Below the pieces are notes generated by a model. The model was not told where the DNA came from. It was given only the letters and a program-made list of their open reading frames with translations, and did no database searches. A stretch of DNA of 64,000 nt from Octopus sinensis (lineage: Eukaryota): the NCBI RefSeq assembly GCF_006345805.1, contig NC_043000.1, forward strand, positions 11,408,001 through 11,472,000. Reading direction: 5' to 3'. Position numbers and translations under genes: made by a program. Shown here in pieces: positions 10,789-22,981 of this stretch. How positions within the stretch are numbered: position 1 is the first letter of the stretch; the number at the start of each line of letters is the position of its first letter.

Positions 10789-11100
10789 GTGTGGAGGCAC
10801 ATGGCCTAGTGGTTACAGCATCGGGCTGCAGTTGAGGGATCGTGGGCTCGAATCTCAGACGGGGCGATGTGTGTGTTTATGAGTGAAACACCTAGGCTCC
10901 ACGCGACTCCGGCAGAAGGCAATGGCAAACTTCTGCTGACTCTTTTGCCACAACTTTCTCTCACTCTTTCCTCCTGCATCTTGCAGCTCACCTGCGACGG
11001 ACCGGCGCCCCGTCCAGGTGGGGAACCTATATGCCACGGAAACCGGGACACTGGCCCTTATGAGCCAGGCATGGCTCGAGAAGGAACAAACAAATATATA
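10789..11100 (+). mobile_element. tRNA-derived SINE (family G) with 12-bp TSD
   Basis: A box tggcctagtggtt, B box gctcgaatc; TSD aatcactgttct at 10777-10788 and 11101-11112. Confidence 0.85.
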
Positions 11101-11539
11101 AATCACTGTTCTAGTGAAACCATAGCCATATTGCTGTGGCCAAGCTGGAGCACTGTCTTGAAGAATTTTTAATTGAATGAATCAAGCCCAGTATTTATGG
11201 GCTTCTTTCAGTCTCCATCTACCAAATCCATTCACAAGGATTTGGTCAGCCCTGATTTAAAGTAGAAAGCATTTACCAAAGGTTCCACACAGTGGGACTG
11301 AACCCATAACCATGTGGTTCGGAAGCAAGCTTCTTACGACAGTCACACCTGTTCCTATATAACATATTTTTTAAAAACAAAAATGCAGAGAAAGCAGAAA
11401 AATTTAACATAAAGCATCAACCAAAAAGGAATTTAAAAAAAAAAGACAAAGCTTAGTAAAACAAAACAAATAAACATGCTTGAGTTTCTTAAATGAAATT
11501 TTGAGGATAAAATTTCATACATTGGATCTTTTCACTTTG

Positions 11540-12190
11540 ACCGGCAGATTTAAAAAATAATTTGTTTTGTAACTAAATACTTCTGAACTTCGTATATTGG
11601 TAGAACGAGTTTATAAAACACAATTTTCTCTTGGCTTTATTGAGAAAATTCTATAGTTTGTAAGATATTTGTTGTTCTTTTCTTCAATTTCTGCAATTTC
11701 AACCAATCAATGACGTCTATTGAGGTAAAAAACATTCTGTGCCGTATGAATATGTCCCTCATTTAAGAAACAGATTGGGTTTATTTACATTTCTGAAGAA
11801 AAACAGATACCATTCCCGGATCTTTTCGGTTTGAACGGCAGTTTTTTCTAGCGGTGTCACATGAAATTGTCACCCATAATTATGACCCTAGTATCGATCT
11901 ATTGCATTTCAATCTGTTTTAGGGTTAGGGTTAGGGGTGGAGGGAAGGGTATCTTTTTTCTTCACAAATGTAAATAAACCCAATCTGTTTCTTAAACAAG
12001 GGACATATTCATACGGCACAGAATGTTTTCACTTCAATAGACGTCATTGATTGGCTGAAATTGCAGAAATTGAAGAAAAAAAAACAACAAATAGCTTACA
12101 AACTAAAGAATTTTCATAAGAACGCCAAGAGAAAAAGATGTTTTATGTGACACATTCTACCAGTATACAAAGTTTAAAAGTGTTTAGTTC
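11540..12190. mobile_element. Foldback/MITE-like DNA element with ~240-bp inverted arms and (TTAGGG)-like core
   Basis: 11570-11810 is the reverse complement of ~11948-12190. One-arm copies lie at ~18960-19260 and 26030-26350 (and in its array repeats). Confidence 0.75.
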
Positions 12191-12584
12191 TCTTTTACTC
12201 GTTTCAGTCATTTGATTGTGGCCATGCTGGAGCACCACCTTTTAGTCGAGCAAATCGAGCCCAGGACTTATTCTTTGTAAGCCTAGTACTTATTCTATCA
12301 GCCTCTTTTGCCAAACCCGCTAAGTTACGGGGACGTAAACACACCAGCATCGGTTGTCAAGCGATGTTGGGGGACAAACACAGACACACACACACATATA
12401 TACGATGGGCTTCTTTCAGTTTCCGTCTACCAAATCCACTCACAAGGCTTTGGTTGGCCCAAGGCTATAGTAGAAGACACTTGCCCAAGGTGCCACGCAG
12501 TGGGACTGAACCCAGAACCATGTGGTTCGTAAGCAAGCTACTTACCACACAGCCACAAAGAAAGTATTTTTTAAATCTGCTGGT

Positions 12585-12835
12585 CAAAGTGGAAATGTCC
12601 CATACATTTATTGTCTTTCATGGCTGATGCAGTTGGGTTGAGGTAACCACAGGGACCATGAACCATGTTCGATTTTACAATTTCTTTTGTCTTTTGAGGG
12701 ATTTGGAATTTCAGCTGATATTATGGAATCGATCAAATTAGTGTGAATTTTCTCCAGAAGCTACATTAAAATATGAACATGGGGCAGGCTTCTTTTCTTG
12801 CCATTCAACAGTGCTCATGTAACAATATACAGGTT
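12585..12835 (-). pseudogene. Helitron Rep-domain remnant
   Basis: With frameshifts: TVEWQ…SLPHVHIL…IDSIISAEIP…EIVKSNMVHGPCGYLNP, matching the Helitron HUH motif (VEWQKRGLPHAHIL) and MVHGPCG. Confidence 0.8.
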
Positions 12836-13090
12836 GAAATAGGTAAAACTTTATTGTAAAGGGTAAAGACTCACTTTAGTCACGAATGACCATTGGACTG
12901 CACCTAAAAAGTGTGGGCAGGGTTATGGAAGACAAGCAGTTGCCCATGGATACCCCCCCCCCAACACCACCAGCAATGTTATCCAAGGGAAAGGCAAAGT
13001 TAGATATAGTTTGCACCAATGATGTCACAACTTATTCTTTCAGCTGAGTGGATTGAAGCAAAGTGAAATAAAGTGTCTTGCCCAAGACAC

Positions 13091-13813
13091 TTGTTACTGT
13101 ATTCATTTTGAGATGCTCTATGTTTCTTTCAATTAATTTTAAATATAACAAAGAATTTAGTAAAATAACTCAGTTATCATTCAGCTAGTGTTAGGAACAT
13201 AAATTATGACTAAGGTTGGATGGAAGATTTTAATTCAAAACTTATGAAAACAAGACATTTGTACCACAGAGCCAGAGCCAGTTTCAGTCTGGTTGGTAAC
13301 GAAAGGGTTAAGAATTGTTTCTCTATTATATATTTTAACCCTTTCGTTACCATATTCTGTTGAGATGCTATGTGTTTCTTTCAATTAATTTTAAATATAA
13401 CAAAGAATTTAGTAAAATAACTTAGTTATCATTCAGCTAGTGTTAGGAACATAAATTATGACTAAGGTTTGATGGAAGATTTTAATTCAAAACTTATGAA
13501 AACAAGACATTTGTACCACAGAGCCAGAGCCGGTTTCAGTCTGGTTGGTAACGAAAGGGTTAAGAATTGTTTCTCTATTATATATTTAACCCTTTCGTTA
13601 CCATATTCTGTTGAGATGCTATGTGTTTCTTTCAATTAATTTTAAATATAACAAGAATTTAGTAAAATAACTCAGTTATCTTTCAGCTAGTGTTAGGAAC
13701 ATAAATTGTGACAAAGGTTTTGGTGGAAGATTTTAATTCAAAACTTTTGAAAATAAAACATTTGTACTCAAAGCCAGAGCTGGTTTCAGCTGGGTTGGTA
13801 ATGAAAGGGTTAA
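13091..13813. mobile_element. Tandem triplet of the same piggyBac-type MITE
   Basis: Three units (first one 5'-truncated) with the linker gaattgtttctctattatatat. Confidence 0.85.
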
Positions 13814-13906
13814 ACGAATTACTTCTAATTATTAATTTCGATAAATGCAATAATCCATACAGAATAGTCTTTCTTTTGTTTTTGGAAGTGATTCCACCAG
13901 TTTGTG

Positions 13907-14770
13907 GTTTCAGTGTTCATACTCGACAGAGTGTAAGTACCTTGAGAGAAAAGTTGGACCTAAGAAGCATCAGTTGTGGTGTGCAAGAGAGACGTTTGCG
14001 CTGGTATGGTCATGTAGCGAGAATGGGTGAAGATAGTTGTGTGAAAAAGTGCCACACCCTAGCGGTTGAGGGAACCTGTGGAAGAGGTAGACCCAATAAA
14101 ACGTGGGACGAGGTGGTGAAGAACAACCTTTGAACTTTAGGTCTCACCGAGGAAATGACCAGAGACCGAAACCTTTGGAAGTATGCTGTGCGTGGAAAGA
14201 CCCAGAAGGACAAGTGAGACCATACTCGTGGCCGCTACCTGGGACATAGCCAGCCCATTTATGAATACCGTTCTTTCTTGTGACACAAACCCTACTTGTG
14301 AAGACCTGTTGAGGCAAGTGAAAATCAAAATGAAAATCAAAATCGAAAGCGAAATCTCTCAACATCAATGGAAATTGTAGCTGAGATACCAGTGCCGGTG
14401 GCACGTAAGAGAACCATCCAAACGTGGCCGTTGCCAGCTCCGCCCCGATTGGCCTCTGTGCCAGTGGCATGTAAAAAGCACCATCCAATTGTGGCTGTTG
14501 CCAGCTTCGTCTGGCCCCCGTGCCGATGGCACATAAAAAGCACCATCCGATCATGGCCGTTTGCCAGCCTCGTCTGGCACCTGTGCAGGTGGCACATAAA
14601 AAGCACCCACTACACTCACGGAGTGGTTGGTGTTAGGAAGGGCATCCAGCTGTAGAAACACTGCCAGATCAGACTGGGCCTGGCGCAGCCTTCTGGCTTC
14701 CCAGACCCCAGTTGAACTGTCCAACCCATGCTAGCATGGAAAACGGACGTTAAACAATGATGATGATGAT
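13907..14770 (+). mobile_element. RTE-clade LINE 3' fragment with 3'UTR and (GAT)n tail
   Basis: [12 protein letters not shown]…GRGRPNKTWDEVV, then a modular UTR and ggacgttaaacaatgatgatgat. Confidence 0.9.
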
Positions 14771-15084
14771 AAACATATTTCTTCCTTCTCATCTTTGCCT
14801 CCAGCTAATTTTTTAACCACAAAATAAATATTCCTTCCCTACCCCAACACATGTCATTAACACTTCTCTCTCCCTCTTTTTCACCTCTACCTTCAGCTGA
14901 CCACATGATTCATTTGGCCTGTTAACCACTTTTCTTTTCTCTTCCCTTTCTCTCACCCATTCCACATCCACCTCTCTAACTAAAGTATAACAGGCAAACA
15001 AACAAGAAGATCACCTCAGACAAGTGGAACCTGTGTACACTCCACGAAATGAAAAAAAAATTAAGAGCACCTATTTAAGAAAGA

Positions 15085-15585
15085 GTGGAGGTGCATGACT
15101 TAGTGGTTAGGGTGTCAGCATCATGATCGTAAGAGTGTGGTTTCAATTCCTGGACTGGGCGACAAGTTGTGTTCTTGAGCAAAACACTTCCTTTCACGTT
15201 GCTCCAGTCCACTCAGCTGGCAAATATGAGTAACGCTGTGATGGACTGGCGTCCTGTCCAAATGGGAAACACATACGCCATAGAAACTGGCAAACCGGGC
15301 CCATGAACCTAGCTAGGCTTTAAAAGGGTCAAGATGGAGGCGCGTGTCATAGTGGTTAGGGTGTAAGCATCATGATCGTAAGATTGTGGTTTCGATTCCT
15401 GGACCAGGCAACGCGTTGAGTTCTTGATCAAAACACTTCATTTCACGTTGCTCCAGTCCACTCAGCTGGCAAAAATGAGTAACGCTGCGATGGACTGGTG
15501 TCCCGTCCAGCTGGGGAACACATACATCATTGAAACCGAGCGCATGAGCCTGGCTAGGCTTTAAAACGGCGCATTTATTTATTTC
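15085..15585 (+). mobile_element. Head-to-tail dimer of a tRNA-derived SINE (family H)
   Basis: Two ~245-bp units with tagtggttagggtgt and ttc(a/g)attcctggac boxes; the pair is flanked by atttaagaaaga at 15073-15084 and 15586-15597. Confidence 0.85.
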
Positions 15586-16039
15586 ATTTAAGAAAGAAAG
15601 AATAATCTGCATGTTTGCAGCATTCATATTTCAGCTTTCTTTAAATATTCTTGACGTTTGTCTGCATTCGTTTCCTGATGTCCTCCTTGTCGTTTGTCGC
15701 TGTTTATTATATCTTCTTGCTGTTCTTCTCTGATCCGTTCTCGATATCTGTGCATCTTCTCCAGAGCAGCTTGCAACTGTGTTTCTTGTGAATCCGTAGT
15801 TTAGGTCTAATTAACCCTCTCTCTTTTACTTGTTTCAGTGATTTGACTGTGGCCATGCTGGAGCACCACCTTTAGTTGAGCAAATCGACCCCAGGACTTA
15901 TTCTTTGTAGGCCTAGAACTTATTCTATCGGCCTCTCTTGCCGAACCGCTAAGTTACGGGGACATAAACACACCAGCATCAGTTGTGAAGCGATGTTGGG
16001 GGGACAAACACAGACACACAAACATACACACACACATAC

Positions 16040-16205
16040 ATATTTTTTCTCTCCTTGTTTTTTTTTTGTCTCTTTCTGTAGAAGAGCGTGGGCTCGAAAC
16101 AAAAGATTTATTCTATTCCTGAGCATTATACTAATACATCTGTTTGTTTTCTATACCACCTGTCTTCGTCTTTTGTTTTTTTCGTGAACTCTCCTATATA
16201 TACAT
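16040..16205 (+). mobile_element. Degenerate hammerhead-bearing short element (same family as 50069-50485)
   Basis: ctttctgtagaagagcgtgggctcgaaac, then ttcctgagc…atactaataca…cttcgtcttttg, ending at (TA)n. Confidence 0.55.
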
Positions 16206-16212
16206 ATATATG

Positions 16213-17912
16213 ATGGGTAAGATCCCAAGGAATGAAGCCAGTATGATCCAATGGATGTGTAATGTCAGTGTGCATACTCAACAGAGTGTAAGTACCTTGA
16301 GAGAAAAGTTGGACCTAAGAAGCATCAGATGTGGTGTGCAAGAGAGACAACTGCGCTGGTATGGTTATGTGGCGAGAATGGACGAGGACAGCTGTGTGAA
16401 AAAGTGCCACACCCTAGCAGTTGAGGGAACCTGTGGAAGAGGAAGACCTGGGATGAAGTGGTGAAGAACGACCTTCGAACTTTAGGCCTCACCAAGGAAA
16501 TGACTAGTGACCGAGACCTTTGGAAATATGCCGTGCGTGAGAAGACCCGGCAAGCCAAATGAAACCATAATCTCATGGCCTATGCCAGGGGCGTAACCAG
16601 CCCACTTATGCGTAACTTTTCCTTCTTTGGACACTAAAACTCTGCTTGCGAAGACCTGTTGAGGCAAGTGAAATCAAATCAATCAAAAGCAAAATCAAAA
16701 TCAAATTCGATGACTGGCGTCCGTGCTAGCAGGGTGCAAAGAGCACCATACGAGCGTGATCATTGACAGAGCGGCTAACTGGCTTCCATGCCAGTGCCAC
16801 TTAAAGGGCACCATTTGAGCGTGATCGTTACCAGCGTCGCCTTACTGGCACCAAGCTAAAAGTCTACTGGGCAGTCGTGCTTACCACCCTACTATACGGA
16901 TGCGAGACGTGGACTGCTTACCGAAGGCACGAGCGCCAGATAAACCACTTCCACCTCAGGTGTCTTCAGAACATCCATCACATCCACTGGTAGGACAAAG
17001 TCCCAGACACGGAAGTTCTGAAGCAGGCAGATCTCCCTAGCATCATCACGATCATGCGCAAGGCCCAGCTGAGATGGGCAGGCCACATCTCCCGCATGTC
17101 CAACACTCGCATCCCAAAACAGCTCTTCTACAGTGAACTCAGCCAGGGCAAACGCAGAGGGCAGAAGAAGCACTTCAAGGACAGTCTCAAAGTCTCTCTC
17201 AAAGACTTCTCCATCGGCACAGAGACTTGGGAGACACTTGCTGCCGACCGCTCATCCTGGCGCAGCGCAATCACCACAGGAGCAAAGACAGCCGAGGAGA
17301 GACGGATTTAGTCAGCAGAACAGAAACGCCAGATGCGGAAAGCCAGAGCCACCTGCACCAATAGCACAGCCCCTACCCACTTCTGCCCCACTTGTGGGAG
17401 GGGCTTTCTTGCCTGGATTGGCCTCACCAGCCACCTCCGGTCTCATAGCAGCAATTCCACTAAATGATGTCAATGGTCATCTTCGAACCCGAAGGACGAA
17501 CATTATTATTACTGGCACTTGTGCCTGTGCTAGTAGGGTGCCAAGAGCACCATCCAAGCGTGATCGTTGCCAGAGCAGCCAACTGGCTTCCGTGCCAGTA
17601 GCACGTAAAAGGGCACCATTCGAGCGTGATCGTTACCAAAGTCGCCTTACTGGCACCTGTGCTGGGGGCATGTGTAAAAGGATTCTAGCAAGGTCGTAGC
17701 CAGTACCGTCTGACTGGCCCCCATGTCGGTGGCACGTAAAAAGCACCCACTACACTCTTGGAGTGGTTGGTGTTAGGAAGTGCATCCAGCCGTAGAAACT
17801 GTGCCAAATCAAGATTGGAGTCTGGTGCAACCATCTGGTTCACCAGCCCTCAGTCAAAATCGTACAACCCATGCCAGCATGGAAAGCGGACGTTAAACGA
17901 TGATGATGAGGA
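16213..17912 (+). mobile_element. RTE LINE 3' fragment interrupted by a nested LINE
   Basis: LRWYGYVARM…GRGRP, UTR modules and (GAT)n tail; split at 16851/17509. Confidence 0.85.
16852..17508 (+). mobile_element. BovB-like RTE LINE 3' fragment with C-terminal C2H2 finger and 10-bp TSD
   Basis: LLYGCETWT…QLRWAGHISRM…IPKQLFYSEL…CPTCGRGFLAWIGLTSHLRSH; TSD ttactggcac at 16842-16851 and 17509-17518. Confidence 0.9.
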
Positions 17913-19857
17913 TGACAGCATTTTTTTTTACTTGTTTCAATCATGTGACTCTGGCCAGGCTGGAGCACCACCTTCAGTCGAGCAAATCGACCCCAGGACT
18001 TTTCTTTTGCTGAACCGCTAAGTTACGGGGACATAAACACACCAGCATTGTTTGTCAAGCGATGTTGGGGGGACAAACACAGACACACACACATATATAC
18101 ACACACACATATATACACACACACACACACACATATATATACAACAGGCTTCTTTCAGTTTCCGTCTACCAAATCCACTCACAAGGCTTTGGTCGACCTG
18201 AGGCTATAGTAGAAGACACTTGCCCAAGGTGCCACACAGAAGGAATGAACCCAGAATTATGTGGTTGGAAAGCAAGCTACCTACCACACAGCCACTCCTG
18301 CACCTATAAACAAATACCAACCTTTTAAGCTATAGTTGCTATATAAAAAAAATAGTTAAATCTCAATACTTTCACTAAGAAAAAAGAAACTGATCTTTTG
18401 TGTTGAATTAAGTACCCTGACCTAATATGCTGCAAACCCCTTATTTTTGTTCAGAAAAAAAAGGAGTGGGACCAGATCCACTCCACCACCCCATCCCGGA
18501 ATCATTGAAATCTTTTTTCGTTGAATGAATTTCGGTGACCTCCTAATTTGAAAATGGGGGTGAACTCTCCAAGGGTTCCACCACACACCACCCTGCTTTC
18601 CGGACCAAAACATGGGTTTTGTGGAATTTTGTGGAATTCATTCAATGTAAAAGAAAAAAAATCTTCCAATGATTCCAAGATGTGAATTTTTTTTCCCACG
18701 AGAGTTCTGGACCCCAGTTATGAACTCATTTGCATGCAGCCAATCAGAGCTCAACTATCAAACTTATGAAGGGTCTTTTAGGGTTTTTCTCTCCTTATTT
18801 TTCAGCTATTTTTGGAAATACTTCCGTCCCCCACCCATTTCCTCGTAAATTACTGTTTTTTGTTTTATATTGTTTTGCCAAAAATGCAGCTTTTCGGATT
18901 TGGAGGATCCGGAAAATTTCCCAAAATCGGAATTTTGATATTTTGACCCCCCCCCCCCCCCAATTTCTACATTTTTCCATAACCCGAACCCTAAAGCTAA
19001 AACCAGTACAAACGCACGAACGATATCATAAATTACAGTAACAAACGAAATATTCATCGCCGGAAGTTGTTGACAAACAACAGCAGTAATTTTATTCAGC
19101 TGAATACATGTCATTGATTGGTTGAAATTACCGAAATAGGACAACTTTAACACGAAATAACTTCGTAAATAGAAACTTTTGTCAGCAACCCTAAGAGTAA
19201 AAGATGTTCTATATGACACATTCTACGAGTGTCCGAAGTTTGAAAGTGTTTAGTTAAAAAAAAATTAATCTATGGATCTGCCGATCAAACAAAAAAAATC
19301 CGAATTTTTTTCTTTCCTTTTCTTAGAGAAAATCGTGCGGGTGAAAGTATCGAAATTTACGTAAAACAAAGATAGTTCACAATCAGCACACTACCACCTT
19401 CACTATAATTTTTAGTAACAAAGATCAATCAGTTCAGCTTTTTGTTTCACAACCACCGGGGTGCGATGCATTGACGAACTAGGAACAGGAAAAAAAAATG
19501 AGCACACTGCGCATGTAAACGAAATACGAAAGAGAAGCGTTAATTGGCAACGGCAATCGGATTTATACAATGGTCTCTATGGCACACCCGGAAGTACCAT
19601 TACGAAGGTTTGCTGCAATTTTATTGTTTGTACCTACTTTTGTTCATACATATTCTATCTCCTCTGTCTCTCAATATAACCGCCTTTCGTATCCATCCTC
19701 TCTCTCTCTTAATATAACTGCCTTCATTCGTCTTACTTCCTACTTCTTCCTCCCGCCCTTTCACTCACTAAAGTTCAACGAACACGTATATTACTATATT
19801 AACTGTGGAGTATGTTTCTCTGATCGATGCCATTGAAGTGTTAAAAATCTAGGAAAT

Positions 19858-19984
19858 TCTGAGTGACTGTGTGGTAAGTAGCTTGCTTACCAACCACCTG
19901 GGCAAGTGTCTTCTACTATAGCCTCAGGCCCGACAAAATCCTTGTGAGTGGATTTAGTAGAGGAAAACTGAAAAAAAGCCCGTC

Positions 19985-20026
<42 letters not shown>

Positions 20027-20942
20027 TGTAATAAATAAAATATATGCATACATACAAACATATATGTACGTACCGACATCTACATGTATATATACATGCA
20101 TATATAAATATATATACGTATAGGACACCACAAGAAGACGTAAAAATCAATAGAAACGAAAACGGAAAAGCCATTTTGTTACAACAGAAGGACAGAGACG
20201 TGGAACAAGACGAAACGAAAACGGGAAAATCAATTATGTACAGCAGAATAACGAAGTACAGGACATGCTGTGTGTGTGTGTGTGTGTGTGTCTGTTTGTC
20301 CTCCCCCCAAAACCACATGGTTCTGGTTTCAGTCCCACTGCGAGGCACCTTGGGCAAGTGTCTTCTAATATAGTCTCAGGCCCGACCAAATCCTTGTGAG
20401 TGGATTTAGTAGACGAAAACTGAAAAAAAGCCCGTCGTATATATGTATATATATGTTTATGTGTGTCTGTCCCCACCAAAACCACATGGTTCTGGGTTCA
20501 GTCCCACTGCGTGGCACCTTGGGCAAGTGTCTTCTACTATAGCCTCGGGTCGAGCAAATCATTGCGAGTTGATTTGGTAGGCGGAAACTGAAAAGAAGCC
20601 CGTCGTATATATGTATGTGTGTGTCTGTTTGTCCTCCCCCCAAAACCACATGATTCCGGGTTCAGTCCCACTGCGTGGTACCTAGGGCAAGTGTCTTCTA
20701 CTATAGCCTCAGGCCGACCAAATCCTTGTGAGTGGATTTAGTAGACGAAAACTGAAAAAAAGCCCGTCGTATATATGTATATATATGTGTATGTGTGTCT
20801 GTTTGTCCTCCCCCCAAAACCACATGGTTCCGGGTTCACTCCCACTGTGTGGCACCTTGGGAAAGTGTCTTCTGCTATAGCCCCGGGCCGACCAATGCCT
20901 TGTGAGTGGATTTGGTAGACGGAAACTGAAAGAAGCCCGTCG
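19858..20942 (+). repeat. Tandem array of five SINE-B 5' halves
   Basis: Repeated ccacatggttc…gggcaagtgtc…gcccgtcgtatat units (period ~170-180 bp in 20300-20942) separated by TA/TG runs. Confidence 0.85.
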
Positions 20943-21171
20943 CTGAGAGATTTACGCACTATCTAGACGAGGGAAGAATTCCCTCGAAGTGGAAAGAGTC
21001 AAATACCATCCTGCTGTATAAGAAGGGCGACAGAGATCTAAAGAACTACCGACCCATATGCCTGCTGTCTCACGTGTACAAGCTGTTCACGAAGATAATT
21101 CTGAACAGGTTGTCAAGTCGTCTCGACGAACAACAACCGAGGGAGCAAGCAGGCTTCCAGAAGAACTACAG
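20942..21171 (+). mobile_element. RT N-terminal fragment of a different, RTE-1-like LINE
   Basis: AERFTHYLDEGRIPSKWKESNTILLYKKGDRDLKNYRPICLLSHVYKLFTKIILNRL…QQPREQAGFQ; open frame, CpG-rich. Confidence 0.85.
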
Positions 21172-21363
21172 CAGTCACAGCCCATGTTTCACTACCGTGA
21201 AGCATGGCAGTTGTACACATGCATCATACAATCTTTCACTCTGAGCGAGAGAGCCAGTGTAGGAGCTTTCACTTTAGGCTAGCTTGTCTAAACTTTGCCC
21301 AGGCTATTCGCATTCTAGTGGTGACACTCTCTGAGCATCCACCTCCACTACTAACTTGGTCAC
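21170..21363 (-). mobile_element. Fragment of the major RTE family, inverted relative to its neighbour
   Basis: Matches 26726-26920 and 43235-43430. Confidence 0.8.
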
Positions 21364-22900
21364 CAGCGTAATAGGTGTAAAACAACTTGCTCTAAACGAC
21401 TATCATGAAAAAAATGCGCGCTCGCGAAAGGGGGGTGGGGGAGAGGCTTCGGAAATTTCACATCTTCAGTCCACGGCCTTTAAACTAAGAAAAAATAGTG
21501 TAATTGGTGTAAAACTACTTGTTCTAAACGAGTATCAAGAACACACATGAATCATAAACTCCGTATTTCGCAAAAAAAAAAAAATAAAGAGAAGAAATTC
21601 TGGAAAAAGTGAAGAAATGTTGGATCTCCGCCATGTGAATCAAAATACGTGTCAGAAACATCTTGAAATACTACAGAAATTATGTTACGAAAATGATAAT
21701 GTATACATACCTCTTTGAGTGGTCCATCGATAATGATGATAAAGAAATGAGTTGGATTTGAACTCAGAATATTGACTAACACAACTACATACTACAAGAC
21801 TCAAAATATTCAGCCAAGTCACACCCTTTAACTAGCAATAATAATAACATCAATAACATAACAGCCAAAAGATTTATTTGTTCTGAAAATAACAATCATA
21901 GTAAATAAATATGTTCTTTAATATTCACATTCATGTGCACAGTTAAACACACTTACATACAAACAGTCACGCATGCATATACAAACGGAACACATAAATG
22001 AAGGATGCATTACTTAGTATATATTACATCTAGAGAATTTTGATTAATAAGTCAAATATGCAAATTATAAAGATAATTAATTGCTTTACTAAACAGTGTT
22101 GTAAAGGTGAAAAAATAAATTTGGGAAAAAAATACACGCCAAAACTAATTATAAAGGATAATTAGGGAAGGATTGACACAAAATAATAATTTTTTCTGTC
22201 TCTTTTTTTCTGATAAATGCATCTTAATAAGTGAGAAGAATTGCATATATCTGAACTATTTCAAAGAAAAGCATAAATTTAATGTTTAAAATAGCTTTAA
22301 CCAAGGAATGAGATCCAACATTTCTTCACTTTTTCCAGAATTTCTTCTCTTTATTATTTTTTTTTGCGAAATACGGAGTTTATGATTCATGTGTGAGTGT
22401 GTGTTCTTGATACTCGTTTAGAACAAGTAGTTTTACACCAATTACACTATTTTTTCTTAGTTTAAAGGCCGTGGACTGAAGATGTGAAATTTCCGAAGCC
22501 TCTCCCCCACCCCCTTTCGCGAGCGCGCATTTTTTCATGATAGTCGTTTAGAGCAAGTTGTTTTACACCTATTACGCTGTTTTTGTTTTTGTTTTTGTGC
22601 CCGTTCAGACGCTTTCGGAAATTCCCGATATAAATATTCCGAGGCCTCTCCCCCACCCCTCTTCGCGAGAGCGCATTTTTTTTTCATATTCGTTTAGAGC
22701 AAGTTGTTTTACACATATTACACTATTTTTTTTTTGTTTTGGTGCCCGGGTCAGCTCCTCAGACGCTTTCGGAACTTCCCGATGTGAATTTTCCGAGGCC
22801 TCTCCCCCACCCCCCTTTCGCGTGCGCGAATTTTTTTTTTCATATTTGTTCATAGGAAGTTGTTTTACACCTATTACACACATTTTTTTTTTGATTTTCT
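21363..22900. mobile_element. Foldback-like element with ~265-bp inverted arms and subterminal tandem sub-repeats
   Basis: 21363-21627 is the reverse complement of 22311-22577; the tctcccccacccc…tcgc sub-unit repeats to ~22900. Confidence 0.7.
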
Positions 22901-22981
22901 GATATTTGTTACGCCCTATATTAACCAAATTTTATCAATGGCCAGCATATTAAAAAATACCTTTAACTTCGCCTTCGATTA

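Noticed and set aside
10789-10870. tRNA genes at SINE heads (also 15085, 15335, 55792, 57146)
   Set aside because: A/B boxes without a complete cloverleaf, followed by SINE bodies.
11925-11940. Telomeric (TTAGGG)n here and at ~26310-26340
   Set aside because: Only 2-3 units, and part of a dispersed MITE family rather than a chromosome end.
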